Shown piece by piece: positions 48,502 through 57,232 of a stretch of 64,000 nt of DNA. The stretch is from Thermoplasmatota archaeon (lineage in GTDB: Archaea > Thermoplasmatota > E2 > JACPAO01 > JAHFTW01). The stretch's first letter is position 1. Every line of letters begins with the position of its first letter. A program made the position numbers and the translations under genes. The DNA lies in contig JBBSVQ010000007.1 of the NCBI GenBank assembly GCA_038046725.1, positions 88,306-152,305 on the forward strand, in the 5' to 3' direction. The notes under the pieces are model-generated. The model searched no databases, was not told the origin of the DNA, and worked only from the letters and a program-made list of their open reading frames with translations.

Positions 48502-49156
48502 GTGTCGATTCCGGACCTGTTGGCCCACGGCACCTTTGGACTGGTCCTCGCGTGCCTGGTCATCTTCCTCGCCATGCTGTTGGAGGCCTTGCCGGCCATC
48601 GGCCTGTTGGTCCCCGGGCAGACGGCCGTCCTTGGCGCGGCCTTCGTGGCTGGCGGTGGCGGGGTTCCCATCTGGTGGCTCATCGGTGCCGCGGCAACGG
48701 GGGGAGCCGCAGGGGATTTTCTTGCCTACTGGCTGGGGCGCCGCTACGGTCCGGCGGTCCAACACTCCTTGGGACCGGGCCGCCAAGGCTGCCGCCGTCA
48801 TCAGCGTCACGGTTCTTCTTGGCATCAGCATCGGATTCGTTGCGGTGGCGACCCAACCAACGGCGGTGGCCGCAAGCCAGGCCCTTGGAGGCGTCGTGCA
48901 GGAGAACGACACGGTCGCCTTCGTCGGAATCACGGACGTGTACCGCTTCTATTTCGACGCGACAGCCAATGGAACCCGCGCACTCAATGTCGGTCTCTTG
49001 GCAGAATCCGATGTCAAGCCCGGCGTCGCGGACTGGATTCTGGCGCAATCCGACGCCGACTTCTCCGGGGACGGCTACACGAGAGCCGCGGTCTCGGAGC
49101 GCGACTCCAGAATTGGCTCCAAACCCATCATCCTGTGGCAGGCTCGGGTGAATTAA
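48502..49156 (+). pseudogene. Truncated DedA-family gene joined out of frame to the C-terminal remnant of another membrane protein
   Basis: LEALPAIGLLVPGQ...AAGDFLAYWLGRRYG (DedA N-half) breaks off near 48770; another frame continues with a TM helix and VQENDTVAFVG...WQARVN*. Confidence 0.6.
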
Positions 49157-49229
49157 CCGTTCGGCGGTGGAGAAGAGAATAAGCCTGGCGGTCGCGCGGT
49201 TATCAAGGGTCGAGGGCAATTAGGGGACG

Positions 49230-49370
49230 ATGACTCCGAACGACCAAGCAAAAGCCCAGCATGAGCACCGCGACCCCCGACCGAAGGGGACGCAGAAGCC
49301 TGACGCATCACCGCGCCAGGCTTGGGCCGCCTTGCGCGCTCACAGCATGCCGCACGGCCGGGGGCGCTGA
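49230..49370 (+). CDS. Possible 46-aa small ORF
   Basis: ATG about 28 nt after TTATCAAG; stop is 1 nt before the next ATG; no recognisable motif. Confidence 0.3.
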   Translation: MTPNDQAKAQHEHRDPRPKGTQKPDASPRQAWAALRAHSMPHGRGR

Positions 49371-49371
49371 C

Positions 49372-49611
49372 ATGGACAAGCACGCCCGCCTCGATCACTT
49401 GCTCGCCCTCCTGGGAGCGCAGCAATCCCATCTCGAACACCTCAACGAGCATGAGAAGAAGATGGCCTCGCACCACGCCTCGAAGGAGCGCGACCGCGCC
49501 CTGCTGCAGGCCAAAAAGGCCATCCGGCGGGCCGACCGCGTCGTGCGCCAGCTCGAGCGCGCCGTGCGCAACGAGCGCAAGCAGCGCTCCGCGCCCGCAA
49601 TTCCCGCCTGA
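49372..49611 (+). CDS. Small helical/coiled-coil protein
   Basis: MDKHARLDHLLALL...; host-like codon usage. Confidence 0.6.
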   Translation: MDKHARLDHLLALLGAQQSHLEHLNEHEKKMASHHASKERDRALLQAKKAIRRADRVVRQLERAVRNERKQRSAPAIPA

Positions 49612-50127
49612 TCAGACGACGGTCGCCGGCGCCACGGCCACCTTGGCGTAGCGCAGCACCTTGTCGCCCATGCGGTAGCCAACCTGGATGACGCGCGACA
49701 CCGCACCCGGCTCCACGCCGTCCGCAGCCTCCGTCGCAACGGCCTCGTGCTGCGCGGGATTGAACGCCTCCCCGATGGTGCCGATGGGCGTCAGACCCTC
49801 GCGCTCGAGCAGGCGTGCGAACTCGCGCGCCATCAGCTTGACGCCATCCGACAACGGGCCGGGGTGCGCCTCCGCCTGGTGAGCCGCCATCTGGGCAAGC
49901 TCGTTGAGCGGAATGAAGTGCTCCAGCACGCGTGCCTTGGCACGGTCGCGCTCCAGGGCGGCATCGCGCGCAACGCGGCGGGACAGGTTGTCGTAGTCCG
50001 CCCGCGAACGCATGGCCTTGTCCTTCCAAGCCGCGAGTTCGGTGGCGAGAGCCTGGTCCTGCGCGGCCGGCCCGTCGGCAACGGGGGAGGACGGCTCCTG
50101 CGGCGGCGTTTCCTGGGGTTCGGCCAT
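49612..50127 (-). CDS. grpE: Nucleotide exchange factor GrpE
   Basis: RSRADYDNLSRR, GEAFNPAQHEAV, VIQVGYRMGDKVLRYAKVAV. Confidence 0.93.
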   Translation of the reverse strand: MAEPQETPPQEPSSPVADGPAAQDQALATELAAWKDKAMRSRADYDNLSRRVARDAALERDRAKARVLEHFIPLNELAQMAAHQAEAHPGPLSDGVKLMAREFARLLEREGLTPIGTIGEAFNPAQHEAVATEAADGVEPGAVSRVIQVGYRMGDKVLRYAKVAVAPATVV

Positions 50128-50222
50128 GGGGGTGTTCGCGCCAGATGGGCCGGCGGGAAAACCTTGGCGGCCGGGGGGCGCTGTTCGGCAAGCCTCATCT
50201 GACCCAGGGGGGCTGATGGTCC

Positions 50223-51557
50223 GTGGTCAGCGACGCGTTCTTGCTCACGAGCCAGTTCGTCGCCGCGGCCATCTTCCTCGCGCTTGCAGGCTTGATTCTC
50301 GCCGTCCGGTTCAACGGCCGCGTGAACCGCGCCTTTGCGCTCTACTTGTTCCTTCAAGGGACGGCGTTGCTCCTGCTCGCCGTGGTGCGCGCCTGGCAGG
50401 GGCAAACGAGGGCCGCCACGATGGAGGAGTTGTTTCCGTACGTCGCATTGCCGCTCCCCCTGGTCCTGGCGTACTTCGTCGCCGTGCACCGTGCACCACA
50501 GGGTGGTCTTGCGGCCCGTGCAACTGGCGTGGCGGTCCTGTTGCTCGTTCTCGTCGCCGAAACGATGTATCTCGTGAATCACGCAACCGTGTATTCCGTT
50601 CAGGGCGGTCGCCCCACGGCGGGGCCCCTGTTCCCCCTGTTCCACGCGCTGCCGCTTGCCCAAGCGCTCACCGGCCTGGTGCTTGCGCGGGGCGCCTTGC
50701 GCGGGGACGAGGCCAAACGGCCCGCGACTGCGCTCACCGCGCTTGGGTTCACCGTTTTGGCCCTTGTCGAGGGCAGCCTCGTCGCAGCGGCCTTCCTCAC
50801 CGACGGGGCTGGCGCCTTCACCGTCGGCTTCGAGGCCAACGCCTGGATCCGCCTGGAACGCACGGTCCGGCTCCTGGCCCTGCTCGTTAGCTTGCTGTCG
50901 CTGGTGGTCCTTGGGTCCTTGGTGTGGCGCGTCCAAAGGGCGGGCGCCCGCGTGACCAGTCTCGTCCTGCTTGGGACCCTTGCCCTCGCCACCGCCGCTT
51001 TCGTGACGACTGGCGAACTCGTCTCCCAGGCAGGCGTAACCAGCAGCACGACGTTCGTCGTCGGGCTGTGGCGCGTCCTTGGCGCCGGCCTCGTGACCTA
51101 CGCGCTCGTCCGGCACCGCTTCCTCGACCTCGACGTCCGCATCAACTGGACCGTCAGCCGCGGAGCCGTGGTGGCCTGCTTCGTCGTCACCTTCGTCGTC
51201 GTCTCCAAGATTGCCGAGAATTTCCTCAACCAGCGCTTCGACTGGGCCTGGGGCGGCGTGGCCACCGGCCTACTGGTCTTGGTGCTCAAGCCCTTGGAGC
51301 GCCTGGGCGACCGCGTGGCCGACGGCCTTGTGCCGCGCGGCCGGGCTCCGCACGAGCTCGGGAAAGCCGAGAAGCTCGCGCTGTTCCGCGAGCAGGCCTT
51401 CATGGTCTGGGCCGACGGGATGATGGGCCGGAAAGAGCGCCTCCTCTTGGACAACCTGCGGGAGCGGCTTAGCATCCCAGCCCAAATCGCCGTCAGCATC
51501 GAGCACGAGGCAGCCCGCGGCAACGACGGGATGAAACCTGCTGGATTAAGTACATAG
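50223..51557 (+). CDS. Multi-TM sensor-like membrane protein with a C-terminal TerB-like helical domain
   Basis: NGRVNRAFALYL, YALVRHRFLDLD, KPLERLGDRVAD, WADGMMGRKERLLLDNLRERLSI; paralog of 19041-20381. Confidence 0.72.
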   Translation: MVSDAFLLTSQFVAAAIFLALAGLILAVRFNGRVNRAFALYLFLQGTALLLLAVVRAWQGQTRAATMEELFPYVALPLPLVLAYFVAVHRAPQGGLAARATGVAVLLLVLVAETMYLVNHATVYSVQGGRPTAGPLFPLFHALPLAQALTGLVLARGALRGDEAKRPATALTALGFTVLALVEGSLVAAAFLTDGAGAFTVGFEANAWIRLERTVRLLALLVSLLSLVVLGSLVWRVQRAGARVTSLVLLGTLALATAAFVTTGELVSQAGVTSSTTFVVGLWRVLGAGLVTYALVRHRFLDLDVRINWTVSRGAVVACFVVTFVVVSKIAENFLNQRFDWAWGGVATGLLVLVLKPLERLGDRVADGLVPRGRAPHELGKAEKLALFREQAFMVWADGMMGRKERLLLDNLRERLSIPAQIAVSIEHEAARGNDGMKPAGLST

Positions 51558-51575
51558 AAAGGCCGTTTGGCGCTT

Positions 51576-52433
51576 ATGGTGGTCGGCGCTCGCGTTGTCG
51601 CGTTTTTGTTCTTCATGTCGCTGGTCGGGTTCTCCATGGCGCCATCGGCCACGGCCGATTGCCATACGACCACTCTCGGCTGCGAGGACTGCGAGATGAC
51701 CCCCAGCGGCGACGGACGCAGTGAAGACGACTGCACGATTGGCCGCGTGAAGGATGTCCTCGTCGGCGGCGACGCAGTCAAAGCGCCCCGCGAGACGGCC
51801 GGCGCCTCCTCCTCGGACGAGGGCCGTGTTCTCTTCGAATTCACCTGGGATACCGCCGACGGCCACGCGCCGCCCAACCATGCCCCCGTTTCCCTGACCA
51901 TCGTCCTCGAAGACCCGGTCGGCATCGACTGGGACGCGTCCAGCAGCTCCGTCATTACCATGGACGACGGCACGACGGCAACCCAGCGGGAGGCCTTCCC
52001 CTTCACCGTCCAAGACGACGACTGGCCGACGGCATCCCCGACTGCATCCCTGTCCTCGTCGGCGTCGTCCTCGGCCACGAGTTCCCCCGCGACCGGTACG
52101 AACAACTCCAATTCGACGAGCGCGACGGCGTCCACGTCCTCCAGCGTGTCGGCCTCCGGTTCGGTCTCCATCGGCCCCCTGGCCATGGGCGGCGAGAGGG
52201 ACATCAAGATCCCGTTCACCATCATCGCCGACGAGGGGACTGCCGGCGAGCAACGCGTGTCGGGCGTCTTCACGTACCACACGGAGGGGGACGACCGCAT
52301 CGGCATCGACGACTGGCTCGAACGCTACTGGCCGGCCTTGGCCCTGGGCGCCCTCATCTTGCTTGCCGTCGCCCTCGTGCTACGCGCCTTGCGCCCGAAG
52401 ACCGCGGGCATCGCCCTGCCCCCCGTGTCCTGA
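51576..52433 (+). CDS. Secreted protein with a Ser/Thr-rich loop and C-terminal TM anchor
   Basis: Signal peptide; poly-Ser/Thr tract; C-terminal TM helix. Confidence 0.7.
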   Translation: MVVGARVVAFLFFMSLVGFSMAPSATADCHTTTLGCEDCEMTPSGDGRSEDDCTIGRVKDVLVGGDAVKAPRETAGASSSDEGRVLFEFTWDTADGHAPPNHAPVSLTIVLEDPVGIDWDASSSSVITMDDGTTATQREAFPFTVQDDDWPTASPTASLSSSASSSATSSPATGTNNSNSTSATASTSSSVSASGSVSIGPLAMGGERDIKIPFTIIADEGTAGEQRVSGVFTYHTEGDDRIGIDDWLERYWPALALGALILLAVALVLRALRPKTAGIALPPVS

Positions 52434-52470
52434 GCCCAATCGCCTTTTCCCACCCCGATGATGCCCGGGC

Positions 52471-52959
52471 ATGGCGGGCATCCTGCAGGAGTTCCGCGAG
52501 TTCGCTCTGCGCGGCAGCGTCGTGGACCTCGCCGTCGGCATCATCATCGGCACCGCCTTCGGCGCCGTCGTCAAAGGACTCGTGGACGAGCTCATCATGC
52601 CCATGGTCGGCGTCCTCCTCGGCGGCGTTGACTTCTCCGACCGCTTCTTCATCCTTCGCCGCGGCGACGCCGCCATCAACGGCACAACCACGCTCCAGGA
52701 AGCCCGCTCGGGAGGTGCCGCCGTCATCGGCTACGGCCAATTCCTCAACCTGTTGCTGACGTTCCTCATCGTGGCCTGGGCCGTGTTCCTCATCGTCAAG
52801 GGCGTCAACCGCATGCGGCGCAAGCAACAGAAAGCCCCGGACCCGGAGGCCCAAACGCGGTCGTGCCCCGAGTGCCTCACGCAAGTCCCCAAGGCGGCCC
52901 GCCGCTGCTCGGCCTGCACGGCGCCGATTGCGCCACAGCCGGCCCCACCCGCGTCGTGA
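52471..52959 (+). CDS. mscL: Large-conductance mechanosensitive channel with a C-terminal zinc ribbon
   Basis: LQEFREFALRGSVVDLAVGIIIGTAFGAVV, YGQFL; CPEC...CSAC tail. Confidence 0.93.
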   Translation: MAGILQEFREFALRGSVVDLAVGIIIGTAFGAVVKGLVDELIMPMVGVLLGGVDFSDRFFILRRGDAAINGTTTLQEARSGGAAVIGYGQFLNLLLTFLIVAWAVFLIVKGVNRMRRKQQKAPDPEAQTRSCPECLTQVPKAARRCSACTAPIAPQPAPPAS

Positions 52960-53002
52960 ACCGACAGCAACGGTTTAGGGGCCCCCGGGGTCATGGCTTG
53001 TC

Positions 53003-53980
53003 ATGCGCACCTGGATCGCCCTGGGATTGCTGACTGCCATGGCCTTCGCCGGCTGCTCCTCGGGGGGCGGCGAAGGCGGCCAACGCCTGCAAGTGGACGA
53101 GGACACCGGCGGCATCCGCGGCCTCGTCGTCGACCAGTCCATCGTCCCCGTTGGCGGCGCAACGGCCAGCCTCACGGGCGGACCTGACGCAGGCAAGAGC
53201 GTTGTCACGGGCCCGGATGGCCTGTTCAACTTCACGGGCCTGCAGCCGGGGGACTACATCGTCTCGGTCGGCAAGGCCGGCTTCAAGGCCAGCCAGTCTT
53301 CGACCACCGTCGTGGCCGGGGACGCGCAGCCGCCCATCATCAAGCTCCAGCTCGAGCGCATCGCGACCGCCGAGCCCTACCTCGACCACTTCAAGCTCGA
53401 CGGCTACTACTCGTGCACGTTCGCGCTCTTCTTCATTACGGACAGCTGCGAGTTCGTGTACCGGACCGCGTGGGACGGGGTGAACGCGACGGGCATCGAG
53501 CCGCCGACGCCGCGCACCATCCAGAACGCCCGCAACACACAGTACATCGACATCCCGCAGGACACCTTCACCATCGTCCAGGAAGGCTTCTGGGACGAGC
53601 AGGCGGTTCCGGTGTTCTGGATCATGATCGACGAGACGCCCATCGACAACAGCTGCGACTGCAGCGACACGTACGGCAACCGCATCGGCAGCATGCCGTT
53701 GCTCAGCCGCCTCGAGCGCTACGATGCCCTTGGCGCGGACAACAAGAACTTCACGGCGGACTACTCGGACCCGATCGGCACCTTCCCCGTCGGCAAGACG
53801 GTGGCCTCGCGCGGCTTCATCCCCTTCCAGGAGGCGCCGCTGCTCGACGGGACGGACCCCAACCGCTGGCAGGCGACGGCCGTGAACTTCCAGTTCGTCG
53901 TCATGACGAGCCTGTTCCACAACTACGTCCCCGACCCGGCCTGGACGTTCGAGACGCGCGAGAACTTCCCCCTCGGCTGA
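53003..53980 (+). CDS. Lipoprotein with a carboxypeptidase-regulatory-like domain
   Basis: Lipobox FAGC; TGGIRGLVVD...TGPDGLFNFTGLQPGDY. Confidence 0.8.
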   Translation: MRTWIALGLLTAMAFAGCSSGGGEGGQRLQVDEDTGGIRGLVVDQSIVPVGGATASLTGGPDAGKSVVTGPDGLFNFTGLQPGDYIVSVGKAGFKASQSSTTVVAGDAQPPIIKLQLERIATAEPYLDHFKLDGYYSCTFALFFITDSCEFVYRTAWDGVNATGIEPPTPRTIQNARNTQYIDIPQDTFTIVQEGFWDEQAVPVFWIMIDETPIDNSCDCSDTYGNRIGSMPLLSRLERYDALGADNKNFTADYSDPIGTFPVGKTVASRGFIPFQEAPLLDGTDPNRWQATAVNFQFVVMTSLFHNYVPDPAWTFETRENFPLG

Positions 53981-54048
53981 CCCAGCCCTTCGCCCCCGTC
54001 TGGGTCGAGCAACAAAGGTCATGAACCCCTGCGGCCGCTTCCGGGGTC

Positions 54049-54987
54049 ATGAAGGCGAATCTTTCCCTGTTCGTTGCCATAGGGATTGTCCTGTCCGGCT
54101 GCAGTGGCGGCGGCGAGGCACCGACGCAGTCCTTCGACGACCTCAAAGGCACGGCTTCGGCCACGACCGGTGTCCTGCGCGGCCTCGTCGTGGACGACCG
54201 CATCATGCCGGTCGTCGGGGCCATCGTCGACCTGCGGGGGGCAAGCGAGCGCCCGAACGGTACCACGGATGACCAGGGGCGCTTCGTCTTCTCCGACTTG
54301 GAGCCCGGCACGTACTTCCTCGTCGTCTCGAGCCCGCTGCACAAGAGCATCCAGTCGAGCGCTGAGGTCATGGCCGGCGAAGACGAACCCGAGATCGTGC
54401 GCGTGCAGCTCGAGCGTCTGTTCACCCAGGACCCGTTCCCCGTCCAAGTCGTGCGCGAAGGCCATTTCCAGTGCAGCCAGGAGGGCCTGTCGGTCTGGTA
54501 TTCCTCCAGCACCTGCATTGACGGCATCACGGGCCCCTACGTCCGTGAACTGTACCCGGAAAGCTCCAACCTCACGACGCAGAACCGTGAATGGCATGCC
54601 GACGTGGGCCCCGGCTGGCAGGCCATCGTCTTCGAGATGCAATGGGATCCCACCTCCGACGGGACCTCGCAGCGCATGGGCATGGTCGTGAGCACCTACA
54701 AACCCGAACGCGACGCCACGCACACCTTCGCCGAGTTCGAGGGCGAGACTCCGGTCCGCGGCCAGATTGACGTCGGCGTCGAGCACGAGACCGCAAGCGG
54801 CGTCGAGCCCACGATGATTCCGCCTGAAGGCATGACGAACATGTCCTTCTTCGTCGGCGTGCGTTCCGACGGCTTCATTCCAGGCCTGGCCCTCAATCAG
54901 CAGTTCAAGGTCTACATCACGATGTTCCACTACGGCCGCCCGCCGGCGGACTGGTCGTTCGTCGCGGGCGACCCACTACCATTCTGA
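54049..54987 (+). CDS. Lipoprotein with a carboxypeptidase-regulatory-like domain (tandem paralog)
   Basis: Lipobox LSGC; TGVLRGLVVD...TDDQGRFVFSDLEPGTY; shared C-terminal (Q)QF.V...FH...P..W.F. Confidence 0.8.
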   Translation: MKANLSLFVAIGIVLSGCSGGGEAPTQSFDDLKGTASATTGVLRGLVVDDRIMPVVGAIVDLRGASERPNGTTDDQGRFVFSDLEPGTYFLVVSSPLHKSIQSSAEVMAGEDEPEIVRVQLERLFTQDPFPVQVVREGHFQCSQEGLSVWYSSSTCIDGITGPYVRELYPESSNLTTQNREWHADVGPGWQAIVFEMQWDPTSDGTSQRMGMVVSTYKPERDATHTFAEFEGETPVRGQIDVGVEHETASGVEPTMIPPEGMTNMSFFVGVRSDGFIPGLALNQQFKVYITMFHYGRPPADWSFVAGDPLPF

Positions 54988-55110
54988 TTCGCCAGAGGAA
55001 TTCGGCAGATTCACCAGACCAAGGCCAACGTCTCTCCGGGTCCAGTCTGCCACATTCGTCAAGCCGCAGGCATCGCGGCCTGGTGAATCTGCCACGGAAT
55101 CTGGTCAATC
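54986..55110. repeat. Periodic palindrome (GCAGATTC type) between convergent stop codons
   Basis: GGCAGATTCACCAG (55004-55017)/CTGGTGAATCTGCC (55080-55093), plus outer GATTC/GAATC units. Confidence 0.7.
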
Positions 55111-56466
55111 CAAGCCAGGCATCCGCCACTTGAACTTGCTCGGGTCCCCCGCCTGCTCCGTCCAAGGCACGGGCGGCGCCTCGTCGAGCGGGCCGAGCAC
55201 GAGGCCGCTGCGCAGCTTCGGCACGAAGTACGTCGCCTTCTGCGGCATCACGTGGCCTTGCTGGGCGACCTCGAGGACCGCGGACACCGGCTCGGGGGCT
55301 GGTAGGACGGCAAATTGGCAGGCCCCGGATGCCACGGCTTGCACGGCCTCCAGTGTGCTGCGCGTGAACCGCAGGTGCTCCTCGGGGTGCTCGAGGTCGA
55401 GACCCCAGCACGCGGCTAGCAGGCGTTCGTGCAGCAACGTGACGGCCAGGGTGTCGAGGCGACCCCTGGGTCCGGCCGGCACGGGGCCGCCGCGCGGGCG
55501 CAGGACGTGCGCCTCGAGGCGCCCCGTCGGCGACTGGCCGAGGAGGATGCATTGCTGCGTGCCGGGCGCGCCGAGCGCGGCGGCCAACGTGCGCGCCTGG
55601 GTCTCCGCCGGTCCGGCTGCAAGCGCAAGCGGCGTCGCGTCCCAAGCCGATTGGGCGAGCCGCAGCGCCTCCGGGAACGCGAAGGAGAGGCCGTGCACGA
55701 GGCGGTGGGTGGCCTCGATGCGCACGCCGGGGTCGTTGTCGCGCACGAGGCAGGCCAGGATGGAGCCGTGCTCGGGGCGCCCCGTGGCGGCGTGGTGGTC
55801 GAGCGCCGTCTGGTAGCGGTGGTGGCCGTCCGCGATGACGAGGCCGCGGTCGTCGAACTGCGCCGTCACTTCGGCGACGGCTTCGGGGCGGTCGATGCGC
55901 CACACGCGGTGCTCGTGGCCCTCCTCGTCCGTGAGGCGCGCCACTTCGTCGAAGGCATTCGAGCGCAGGATCTCCTCGACCCAGCCGCGCTCGTCGCGGT
56001 ACAGGAGCCAGATGGGCTCCGTGTCCGTGTTCGTGGCGCCGCGAAGGTGCAGGCGCTCCTGCTTCTTGCGCTTCAGCGTTTTCTCGTGCCGACGGATCTC
56101 GGTGTAGGTCGGGTCGAGGCGGACGCGGGCGAAGAGGGCGTGCATCGTGTGCCGAGCCTCCGGCGGTCCCGACGTGATGGCGTACAGGAAGAAGGCCGGC
56201 CGCGCATCCCGCGCAAGGGACTCGTCCTTCTGCCAGGAGTCAAGCAGGGCCGCGGCGCGTTGGAATTTGTTCGGCGTCGCGGGGGCCTCGGCGTCGCCGG
56301 GGGCATCCGGGGGAAGGACGACGCCGGCGATGTTGTGCGCGTCGGCGGCGATGAATGCGTCGCGCTGGGCCGTCGAGATGCAGTCGTGCGGCGGGCAGGT
56401 GGCGGTGGCCAGGTCGATGCGGCCCGCGTCGAAGCGCAGGGCCCTGAACGGCGCGATGGCGACCAA
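55105..56466 (-). CDS. DUF1015 family protein (ParB/SbnI-like fold)
   Basis: IAPFRALRFD, CPPHDCIS, IRRHEKT, IADGHHRYQTA, THRL, MPQKATYFVPKLRSGL. Confidence 0.88.
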   Translation of the reverse strand: MVAIAPFRALRFDAGRIDLATATCPPHDCISTAQRDAFIAADAHNIAGVVLPPDAPGDAEAPATPNKFQRAAALLDSWQKDESLARDARPAFFLYAITSGPPEARHTMHALFARVRLDPTYTEIRRHEKTLKRKKQERLHLRGATNTDTEPIWLLYRDERGWVEEILRSNAFDEVARLTDEEGHEHRVWRIDRPEAVAEVTAQFDDRGLVIADGHHRYQTALDHHAATGRPEHGSILACLVRDNDPGVRIEATHRLVHGLSFAFPEALRLAQSAWDATPLALAAGPAETQARTLAAALGAPGTQQCILLGQSPTGRLEAHVLRPRGGPVPAGPRGRLDTLAVTLLHERLLAACWGLDLEHPEEHLRFTRSTLEAVQAVASGACQFAVLPAPEPVSAVLEVAQQGHVMPQKATYFVPKLRSGLVLGPLDEAPPVPWTEQAGDPSKFKWRMPGLD

Positions 56467-56534
56467 CGCACTCGGACCTGGGCGGTGGCCTTCAGGGTTC
56501 CGACCGGTTCGTGGGCCCCCTGGTCGCCAACCGC

Positions 56535-57104
56535 CTACCGCTTCCCGAACGAGCCTTGGTCGTTGAGCGGCCCGGTCACCGTCTTCCACAGGCCCGCCAG
56601 GTGTTCGAGGCGGTAGCGGTGGTAGCGTTCCGTGTTCATGTGCGCCATTTCGGCGATGCCGGGGTCGCCCTGCTTCTTCAGCACGCACGGCGAGCCGACC
56701 GCAAGCGTAGACGGCGGCACGACGAAATTCCCCGGCACAAGGGTGAGGGCCCCCACGACGGCGCGTTCGCCCACGACGGCGCCATTCAGGACGACGGCGT
56801 TCATGCCGACGAGGGCGCGCTCCTTGATGGTGGCCCCGTGCACGACGGCGCCGTGGCCGATGGAGGCGTTCGGGCCGATGGTGACCGGGCTGCCCTTCTC
56901 GGTGTGCACCGTGCAATTGTCCTGCACGTTCGAGCCGTGCCGGATGAGGATGGGTTCGATGTCGCCGCGCAGGACGGCGTTCGGGCCGATGAAGCACTCG
57001 GCCTCGATGGTGACCTGGCCGATGACGACGGCTCCGGGAGCGAGCACGGCGGTCGGGTGGATGTTCGGGCCGATGGCGGGGTGCGTGCGTGGCGGCTGGT
57101 CCAT
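56535..57104 (-). CDS. Gamma carbonic anhydrase family protein (YrdA/PaaY-like)
   Basis: AVLRGD, SNVQDNCTVH, IGHGAVVHGATI, LVGMNAVVLNGA. Confidence 0.9.
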   Translation of the reverse strand: MDQPPRTHPAIGPNIHPTAVLAPGAVVIGQVTIEAECFIGPNAVLRGDIEPILIRHGSNVQDNCTVHTEKGSPVTIGPNASIGHGAVVHGATIKERALVGMNAVVLNGAVVGERAVVGALTLVPGNFVVPPSTLAVGSPCVLKKQGDPGIAEMAHMNTERYHRYRLEHLAGLWKTVTGPLNDQGSFGKR

Positions 57105-57232
57105 GCAAAAGGTACGGTACTGCCTCACTTAGGTTTGGGGGACCTGGGACGCTTTGAGCTCGGCCTCGATGAAACGCCTTCATTTGGATCTGCTTAATCC
57201 GAGGTCCCCCAACAGAAGGCAGCAGAACCCTC

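Noticed and set aside
52820-52959. MscL zinc-ribbon tail as a novelty
   Set aside because: CxxC..CxxC-tailed MscL proteins are already common in prokaryotic annotations.
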